28,682 bases of DNA from a virus. Lineage: Duplodnaviria > Heunggongvirae > Uroviricota > Caudoviricetes. Below the pieces are notes generated by a model. That model was not told the origin of the DNA, made no database searches, and was given only the letters and a program-made list of their open reading frames with translations. Both the position numbers and the translations under genes were made by a program. Below are positions 22,406 through 28,682 of the stretch, piece by piece. Positions within the stretch are counted from its first letter, which is position 1, and every line of letters begins with the position of its first letter. The stretch lies in the IMG/VR virus record IMGVR_UViG_2671180357_000002, positions 1 through 28,682 of that record. One strand, written 5' to 3'.

Positions 22406-23980
22406 ATGGAATTGACTGACAAGCAAATCAAAGACCTTGTGGCACGACGCCACCCTGAATATGAGAAGAAAAAAGAACATTGGGACTTCCTCGCCAGCAC
22501 CTACGCTGGCGGGCGTGCCTGGTTCAACGACAATATCTTCCGTTACTTCAAAGAGGGCGATCAGGAGTTCAAAGAGCGCCTGGAACGCGCTTATCGCTTC
22601 AACCATACGCGCGAAGTGGTAAACCTCATCAACAAATACCTCTTCAAAGAGGTCATTCACCGCAACACTGATGAAGCACCGGAGCAGATCCGCAATTTCT
22701 GGAAGCGAGCCACGCGCCAGAACGCCTCCATCGATGCGTTTATGGCGGCTATCGATCTGCAATCATCCATTTATGGCCGTATCTGGGTTGTCGTGGATAG
22801 CACGATGAACGTCGATGTTGAGTCTGTTGCAGACGAGAAGAAAAATGATGCGCGTGCCTACGCTTACTGGATTTCGCCGCAGCAGCTGCTTGATGTTGCC
22901 TGGGATGAAGACGGCAATATGTTGTGGGCGCTGATTGTTGAAATCGCGCGCGACGACGAAGATCCGTTCACTTCAACCGGGCAGGAATACCAGCGTTACC
23001 GTCTGTGGACGCAAAACGAGTGGTATCTGTTCCGTGAAGAAGTGAAGAAGGGTTCCGGAAATAGCGGTCGCCGTCAGGCCAAAGTCGTTCTGGAGGATAG
23101 CGGCCAGCATAATCTGGGCGTGGTGCCGGTGTTCCCGGTGGATTGCATTGGTGAAAGCGAGTCTCCGTATTTTAGTCCGTCGTTGATTGACGATATTGCC
23201 TATCTTGATCGCGCCGTGGCCAACTACCTGTCGAACCTTGACGCGATTATTCAGGATCAGACATTCAGCCAGTTAGCGATTCCGGTTCAGTCCCTGCTGC
23301 CGGGCGATGAAAACCACACCAAAGTGCTCGAAATGGGGACAAAACGTGTCTTCACCTTCGATTCTGAGAGCGGTAATCAGCCATTCTATCTGTCTCCAGA
23401 CCCGAAACAGGCTCAGATGATCATCACCACGATTAAGACGGTGATTAATGAGATCTACCATTCCGTTGGTGTGGCTGGTGAGCGAACCAAGCAGGATAAC
23501 GCGCAGGGTATCGACAACTCTTCGGGGGCAGCGAAGATGTACGACTTCCAACGTATTAACAGTCTGCTGGTGACAAAAGCAGAGCGCCTCGAAAGGGCAG
23601 AACGCCAAATGATGGAGTTGGCTGCGAAATGGATGGGCATCGAATTGGATGAAGACCACTCTCTGATCGCTTACCCGGAGAGTTTCGATATTCGTGGTCT
23701 GACTGACGAATTTGCCGTCGCTGAGAAATTGTCGCTGTTACAGGCGCCTGATTCTGTACGTCGTCATCAGATGGAAATGCTCATAGAAAAGATCTTCCCG
23801 AATATTTCCGAAGCGATGCAAAAGGAATTTAAAAAAGATCTCTTGAAATTTCCTCTAAAAAATGCTCCTGATGCCCTTGAAAATAAGTTGGTATTTACTT
23901 ATGATCGCGATACAGTCCAAGAAAGCGGACAAGATCAACCCCGAGGGAATGGGGACTCATCTACTCAAGAGACCGAGTGA
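22406..23980 (+). CDS. Portal protein (putative, by position and size)
   Basis: 524 aa directly after the large terminase; strong SD GGAAAGGAAA. Confidence 0.55.
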   Translation: MELTDKQIKDLVARRHPEYEKKKEHWDFLASTYAGGRAWFNDNIFRYFKEGDQEFKERLERAYRFNHTREVVNLINKYLFKEVIHRNTDEAPEQIRNFWKRATRQNASIDAFMAAIDLQSSIYGRIWVVVDSTMNVDVESVADEKKNDARAYAYWISPQQLLDVAWDEDGNMLWALIVEIARDDEDPFTSTGQEYQRYRLWTQNEWYLFREEVKKGSGNSGRRQAKVVLEDSGQHNLGVVPVFPVDCIGESESPYFSPSLIDDIAYLDRAVANYLSNLDAIIQDQTFSQLAIPVQSLLPGDENHTKVLEMGTKRVFTFDSESGNQPFYLSPDPKQAQMIITTIKTVINEIYHSVGVAGERTKQDNAQGIDNSSGAAKMYDFQRINSLLVTKAERLERAERQMMELAAKWMGIELDEDHSLIAYPESFDIRGLTDEFAVAEKLSLLQAPDSVRRHQMEMLIEKIFPNISEAMQKEFKKDLLKFPLKNAPDALENKLVFTYDRDTVQESGQDQPRGNGDSSTQETE

Positions 23981-24002
23981 TAAGTAACGAAAAGGTATTT
24001 CT

Positions 24003-24899
24003 ATGAATCTGTGGCAAATGCTTATGGCCCGTCGTGGCCTGATGGATGTAGCCGAAGCGCATGAGCGCGGCGGCGCTGGTGGCGGTGCTCCTGCTGGAGA
24101 CAATGAGCAGAGCATTCAAGACCCAGGCAAACAGGGCGAGCAAAAAGAGCAACCGAAGGGTGACGACGACGAGTATGCCGGTATGACTCAGGAAGAGTTG
24201 CTGGCAGAACTGCGTAAGTCTAAGAAAGCCGGTGCTGATCTGTTGAAAGAGAATATGAAGCGCAAGGAGAAAGAGCGCACATTGGCCGATCAGCTGGCTC
24301 AGTACGGTGATATTGACCCGACGCGTGCTCGTCAGCTTCTCGAAGCTGAACAAGCCGCAGAAACCGCACGTCGGGAGGCGGAGCAGGCTGAACTGGAACG
24401 TCGTGGTGAGTTCGATGCTGTGAAAAAGCAGATGATCGAAGCACACCAGACTGAACTGGCACAGCGCGACGAACGCTACTCCGCTCTGGAGAGCGAGAAC
24501 GCCGCACTGAAGGCTCAACTGGTCGAAATGACTGTTGGTGTTTCCTTCAGCAGTTCTGCTTTCCTGCGTGACAAAGTTCTGATGACTCCGGCTAAGGCAC
24601 GCGTTATCTACGGCTCTCATTTCGAAGTGGGTGAAGACGGTAGTGTTGTGGGCTTTGATAAGCCAGCCGGTCAGAAAGAACGTGCAGTTCTGGTTGACGG
24701 TGAAGGCAAGCCGTTACCGTTCGAATCCGCGATTGAGCGCATTCTGCGTGCAGATCCGGAAGCTGACGCACTGTTGCGTAGCGAAGCCAAGCAGGGTGCT
24801 GGTTCCAATAGCAAACCGACCCACAAAGTAAGCCAGCCGAAGAGCAAGTCGACTATGGATAAGTTGACCTCCGGTCTGGGAAAAATCGGACTCAAGTAA
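24003..24899 (+). CDS. Scaffolding protein (putative)
   Basis: 298 aa, A/E/K/Q/R-rich with predicted coiled-coil character; between portal and major capsid genes. Confidence 0.5.
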   Translation: MNLWQMLMARRGLMDVAEAHERGGAGGGAPAGDNEQSIQDPGKQGEQKEQPKGDDDEYAGMTQEELLAELRKSKKAGADLLKENMKRKEKERTLADQLAQYGDIDPTRARQLLEAEQAAETARREAEQAELERRGEFDAVKKQMIEAHQTELAQRDERYSALESENAALKAQLVEMTVGVSFSSSAFLRDKVLMTPAKARVIYGSHFEVGEDGSVVGFDKPAGQKERAVLVDGEGKPLPFESAIERILRADPEADALLRSEAKQGAGSNSKPTHKVSQPKSKSTMDKLTSGLGKIGLK

Positions 24900-24925
24900 C
24901 ATCTTAAATCATAGGGAAATGAAAG

Positions 24926-25801
24926 ATGCCATTACTGCGTGATGAAGCTGAAAAGCTGTCTAATAACGAACTTGAGCAGGGTGTGATCGAGACCATCATC
25001 GATCGCGATGATCTGTTCGCTATTCTGCCTTTCATGAAGATTAATTCTAAGGCATACCTTTACAACCGCGAAGCTACCCTGAGCGAAGCTACCTTCATTG
25101 ATGTGAACGACACCATCACTGAAGGCGCAGCAACCTTCAGCGAACACGTTGCGAAGCTACGTATCCTGGCAGGCGACGTAGACGTCGACAAATTCCTGGC
25201 GACCACTATGTCCGACACCAACAACCAGCTGGCAATCCAGGTTCGTCAGAAGGTGAAAGGTCTGGCTCGCGCATTCCGCCGCAACCTGATTCTGGGCGAC
25301 TCCAGCACCAACACCAAAGCGTTCGACGGTATTCCGAAACTGATGCACGACGATCAGAAGATCGACATCGAAGGCGCTTCCATGACCTTCTCCATGTTCG
25401 ACGAACTGGTCGACGCGGTGAAAGATCTGGGTGCGGACTGCATCATGATGCGCTCCGAGCATCTGCGTGCTTATCGCGCTCTGCTGCGTACCGTTAATAT
25501 CGGCCCGTCCGAAATTATGATGGAAAACTTCGGTCGACCGATGTTGTGCCACAACGGTGTACCTTTCATCGTGAACGACTTCATCCCGACTGACGCGGGC
25601 AAAGCAAGCATCTATTGTCTGCACCTGTCCGAAGAGAACGGTGTGACCGGTCTGTATGGCGGTGAAAACGCTGGTATCGTTGTTGAGAACATCGGTACTG
25701 TTCAGAACAAAGACGCAACCCGTACCCGCGTTAAGTGGTACTGCTCTCTGGCGAACAAGCACGACAAAGCTATCGCCGCGCTGACCAATGTAAAAATTTG
25801 A
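24926..25801 (+). CDS. Major capsid protein (putative)
   Basis: 291 aa after the scaffold gene; SD GGGA 8 nt upstream; followed by a strong intrinsic terminator. Confidence 0.6.
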   Translation: MPLLRDEAEKLSNNELEQGVIETIIDRDDLFAILPFMKINSKAYLYNREATLSEATFIDVNDTITEGAATFSEHVAKLRILAGDVDVDKFLATTMSDTNNQLAIQVRQKVKGLARAFRRNLILGDSSTNTKAFDGIPKLMHDDQKIDIEGASMTFSMFDELVDAVKDLGADCIMMRSEHLRAYRALLRTVNIGPSEIMMENFGRPMLCHNGVPFIVNDFIPTDAGKASIYCLHLSEENGVTGLYGGENAGIVVENIGTVQNKDATRTRVKWYCSLANKHDKAIAALTNVKI

Positions 25802-25837
25802 TCAGAATACTAGGTAAGTAGTTATCTACTTAATATG

Positions 25838-25862
25838 GGTGGGCTATACGCCCACCTTTTTT
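25838..25862 (+). terminator. Intrinsic terminator GGTGGGC-tatac-GCCCACC + T6
   Basis: 7-bp GC stem followed by TTTTTT, directly after the capsid gene. Confidence 0.8.
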
Positions 25863-25875
25863 GTAGGAGCGATAA

Positions 25876-26304
25876 ATGCCAGAACAAAAGATGAAAATCA
25901 TGGAGGAGACGTTTGCGGATTTCACAGGGCATATGTGCCGTGCCGGATTCACCAACTCCGTCTCCAACGAGCCTCTGAGCGAGCGCCAGCAGAACCATCT
26001 TGCGGCTTGCTTCCGGACAGTTCCGTTCACGCAGTCTGTCAGCGTGGAGTCTGTTGCTCTGACTCCTGATTCTGTCTCTGTTGAGAAGGGGAAGTCAGTC
26101 AAATTGCGAGTTGATGTGCAACCGTCAAACGCAACCAATCAAAAAGTCACCTGGACTTCTCAAAATAGCGACAAAGCGACCGTGGATCAGAACGGTAACG
26201 TAGTTGGCGTAGCCGTTGGTACGGCAACCATTGAAGTGGCTTCACATGATGGCAGTCACAAAGCGACTGCGACCGTTGAAGTGACCGCAGCACCGGCTGC
26301 GTAA
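25876..26304 (+). CDS. Bacterial Ig-like (Big_2) domain protein, likely capsid decoration or accessory protein
   Basis: SVEKGKSVKLRVDVQPSNATNQKVTWTSQNSDKATVDQNGNVVGVAVGTATIEV matches the Big_2 pattern; SD AGGAG 6 nt upstream. Confidence 0.7.
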   Translation: MPEQKMKIMEETFADFTGHMCRAGFTNSVSNEPLSERQQNHLAACFRTVPFTQSVSVESVALTPDSVSVEKGKSVKLRVDVQPSNATNQKVTWTSQNSDKATVDQNGNVVGVAVGTATIEVASHDGSHKATATVEVTAAPAA

Positions 26305-26347
26305 CCAACATATGGGCAGCATAGCTGTCCATTAAGTGAGAAGAAAA

Positions 26348-26782
26348 ATGAAACCAGCAAAAATTCGTTTATTGGAGCCTCAATTTTTGGGGTACACGGG
26401 GATTCTCTGCGGTATCAAGTTTGTAGACGGTATCTCAGTTGCTGAACTGCCATTCGTCGATCAGCAGCGGATTTGTGCTTCCATGCGTGCGACTACCGTT
26501 GAAGGTAAAAATGTATCTCCTTCTGCCGCGTACAGTAGCCGCAATAACTTGACTGCGGAAGACATTGTCGAGACGCCAGCCCCGGATATTGTGCCAATGA
26601 AACGTGGTGCGGCTGAAACAAAGCCCAAACCGGTACAGCGCTTTACTCGTGAAGAACTGGAGTCGATTGCGGACTGTGAAGGTATTGCGGGTCTTCGTCA
26701 GATCGGCAACCAAATTGGCGTGAAAGCCAAAGGCATCGTTGAAATGATCGAGGGTATCCTGAAAGCACAGGGCGGTGAGTAA
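26348..26782 (+). CDS. Hypothetical head-module protein (145 aa)
   Basis: ATG 26348 preferred over GTG 26336; C-terminal REELESIADCEGIAGLRQIGNQIG resembles a HeH/SAP-like motif (weak). Confidence 0.5.
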   Translation: MKPAKIRLLEPQFLGYTGILCGIKFVDGISVAELPFVDQQRICASMRATTVEGKNVSPSAAYSSRNNLTAEDIVETPAPDIVPMKRGAAETKPKPVQRFTREELESIADCEGIAGLRQIGNQIGVKAKGIVEMIEGILKAQGGE

Positions 26783-27615
26783 TGGCACAGATCGACACGT
26801 ACCGTAGCGGGGAAGCCGTTTCCCTGTCGTTTGCATTTAACGTTCTGGATATTGAGTCGGCAACGTATACCGTCAGAGATGGCGCGGGTTCGATCATCGT
26901 TGATAACGAACCTCTCGATATTACTGAGGGGCAGATGTCCATTCCGGTTGTCGTGTCGGCCGAACACAACCTGCTTGCCGACAAAGAGCGCGATCTGCGT
27001 TACGTCCTCGTCAAAGCGGTGGCATCCGGTCTGACGCATGAAGAGCGCAAGATGTACGTTCTGCTAAATAGCTTCGAGCTGTCTATCCCAGGCCAGTCAT
27101 TCGCAACGGTCGCAGACGCCCAGATGCAAGCCATCGACATGCTGAACGGCGACACTCTGTTGGCTGATGGTGACGGGCTGATGCGCAAACGTCTCATTGA
27201 GGCCACCAGACGCGTCAAAACGCTGCCGTTTTCAATCCGCAAAGTCCTTCGTATCGATTTCGATCGGTACGACCGTCCACAAAACATGCTGAACGTATAT
27301 GACGTACCGTGGGGTGCTGACGGGGCATATCGTCACGATCTGATTGATTGGGAGAAGATGACGCAGGATAAATTCGACGAATTCCCTGACTACTTCAAAC
27401 AGACATTAATGCTGGCCGTGGTTAATGAAGCCTGCGAAATCGCTAACGGCAATGACGTAGCGGCAGCTCGCGAGGACGGCATCCTGTCTGAATCCATTGG
27501 TGAAACGACAAATATGTACCGCACCGGCAAAGCGGCAAATTTACATGTGGCTCGCAGTACCTGGAGACTGCTGGTCAGCTACATCAACAACCGCATGATT
27601 GTTCGCCGTGCGTAA
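26782..27615 (+). CDS. Hypothetical head-module protein (277 aa)
   Basis: Start overlaps the upstream stop (TAATG); position after the capsid gene. Confidence 0.55.
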   Translation: MAQIDTYRSGEAVSLSFAFNVLDIESATYTVRDGAGSIIVDNEPLDITEGQMSIPVVVSAEHNLLADKERDLRYVLVKAVASGLTHEERKMYVLLNSFELSIPGQSFATVADAQMQAIDMLNGDTLLADGDGLMRKRLIEATRRVKTLPFSIRKVLRIDFDRYDRPQNMLNVYDVPWGADGAYRHDLIDWEKMTQDKFDEFPDYFKQTLMLAVVNEACEIANGNDVAAAREDGILSESIGETTNMYRTGKAANLHVARSTWRLLVSYINNRMIVRRA

Positions 27616-27712
27616 CGCCAGTCGCATTATTTACTTCTGGTCGAAAGGCTCAAGACGCACAATCGCGCCTTCGCCTGGTAATGCGTGCGGATACCAACCA
27701 CAGGGAGAGTGC

Positions 27713-28057
27713 ATGAACATTTCATGGCAAGCAGAGATGGCGATTTACCGTCTGGGTTCGAAGAATGTCTACGGTGAAGCGCAATTGCAGTTCGTCAGGA
27801 AGACGAACGTCGGTGTCGTTAAGTTTGAACAAAGTAATGAAAAGTCATCGGTACGTGCGGACAGCTCCGGCAGTCGCGGAAAAGCCAATATGGAATTGTT
27901 CGATGCCGTTCTGGTGGTCCCACTTGAGGCCGCAGTGCAACTTGATGACGTTCTTATTCTTGAGGGGCTAAAGCTGAAGGTATCCAGTGTGCATCGTCGT
28001 TGGGGGTTACGTGGACGCCCTGGTCATCTGGAAGTAGGGGCAAACATATGGGCCTGA
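27713..28057 (+). CDS. Hypothetical head-completion or head-tail connector candidate (114 aa)
   Basis: ATG 27713 lies 5 nt after GGGAGAG; the ORF-track start at 27599 would overlap the previous gene. Confidence 0.5.
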   Translation: MNISWQAEMAIYRLGSKNVYGEAQLQFVRKTNVGVVKFEQSNEKSSVRADSSGSRGKANMELFDAVLVVPLEAAVQLDDVLILEGLKLKVSSVHRRWGLRGRPGHLEVGANIWA

Positions 28058-28521
28058 AGTATGACTCGCATCAGTTTAAGCGTGCTGGCGACAGACTCAA
28101 TAACAGCCAGAAAGCCTTTAAGCGTTATCTCATTCGTGACATGGAGAAGCTGGCGCGTCTGGTTGAGCGTCTGGCGCGGGCAATGGCTCCGCTGGAGACT
28201 GGCTCACTCGAAAGCGCGATTTTCGCGAGAGTGGTCAAAGAGGGTTATACCGGGCTGCGTATTGAGTTATCGGTATCCGGGGCCAAGCCACGCGAGGGGC
28301 ATCCGGGCGTTGAGGTTGGCGATTATGCGGAGTACATGGAGTTGGGTAAGTATCGTCTCGGCTATCTCTCTCGCATGAAGAGCGTCACCAACCCGCCAGT
28401 CGCTGGTGTGAAGCCACGAGTTGGGCCTTTGTTCCTTGAGAGAGCCGTACAGATCAGTGAGAAACAGTTCACTCAGACGATAGCTGAAGCGGCAAGGAAA
28501 GCAGGTTTTACGAGAGGTTGA
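28048..28521 (+). CDS. Hypothetical head-completion or tail-completion candidate (157 aa)
   Basis: ATG 28048 preceded by AGGGG; overlaps the previous stop by 10 nt. Confidence 0.5.
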   Translation: MGLKYDSHQFKRAGDRLNNSQKAFKRYLIRDMEKLARLVERLARAMAPLETGSLESAIFARVVKEGYTGLRIELSVSGAKPREGHPGVEVGDYAEYMELGKYRLGYLSRMKSVTNPPVAGVKPRVGPLFLERAVQISEKQFTQTIAEAARKAGFTRG

Positions 28522-28522
28522 T

Positions 28523-28682
28523 GTGTTTATTGAAGCATTTGCGAGCCTGATGCAGAAGGCGAAGATCGGTACACTCGGCACTGACATCTTTTGTCACTAC
28601 ATGCCAGCCAATGTGAAGTCCGGTGTTCTGTTGGTTAATCCCAATACGGGGATCGCTATTGACGGCACTGTTGCAAATAGTC
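28523..28682 (+). CDS. Partial ORF (53 codons, continues past the right window edge)
   Basis: GTG 28523 lies 5 nt after GAGAGG and 2 nt after the upstream stop; open to the window end. Confidence 0.3.
   Translation, partial: MFIEAFASLMQKAKIGTLGTDIFCHYMPANVKSGVLLVNPNTGIAIDGTVANS

Noticed and set aside
20143-22762. ORFs 20143-20424 (-), 20417-20680 (-), 20677-20868 (-), 20741-21814 (-), 20962-21267 (-), 21204-21392 (+), 21249-21539 (-), 21855-22157 (+), 21884-22219 (-) and 22259-22762 (-)
   Set aside because: They overlap the terminase small and large subunit and portal genes in antisense or alternate frames.
22437-26984. Alternate-frame and antisense ORFs within the portal, scaffold, capsid, Big_2 and downstream head genes (for example 23961-24620, 25157-25762 and 26435-26836)
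   Set aside because: The same-strand structural gene series is internally consistent, with RBSs and coupled junctions; the overlapping ORFs lack starts with RBS and have biased composition.
1-28682. Search for tRNA/rRNA genes, integrase, transposase or attachment sites
   Set aside because: No tRNA-like T-arm/anticodon architecture, no rRNA-like conserved segments, and no protein with integrase or transposase motifs were recognised in the window; element boundaries are not within it.

Overview
This window reads as part of a tailed phage or phage-plasmid-like mobile element from an enterobacterium. Left end (1-6300): a type I R-M methylase/specificity pair (hsdM, hsdS; hsdS runs off the edge), a divergent orphan N6-adenine methyltransferase with a large unknown N-terminal domain, a LexA-box-controlled pre-truncated UmuD'-like gene, and a convergent Zn-ribbon protein with a DUF4145-like C-terminus. 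Middle (6400-12100): about ten small rightward genes, several strongly acidic, each an independent cassette of conserved promoter/leader (palindrome AAACAATTTGTTT) - RBS - ORF - hairpin terminator, interrupted by two repeat-dense, apparently noncoding modules (7400-8510 and 12060-12680). 12680-16800: leftward genes including an SF2 DEAH-like helicase operon with a lipoprotein. 16850-28682: a rightward, translationally coupled late operon starting with two ParB-fold proteins, a minimal ABC-type ATPase and a GNAT-like protein, then small and large terminase, portal, scaffold, major capsid, an Ig-like (Big_2) protein and head-completion candidates. No tRNA, rRNA, CRISPR array, integrase or transposase was recognised. 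All calls rest on motif recognition by eye; no database search was run.
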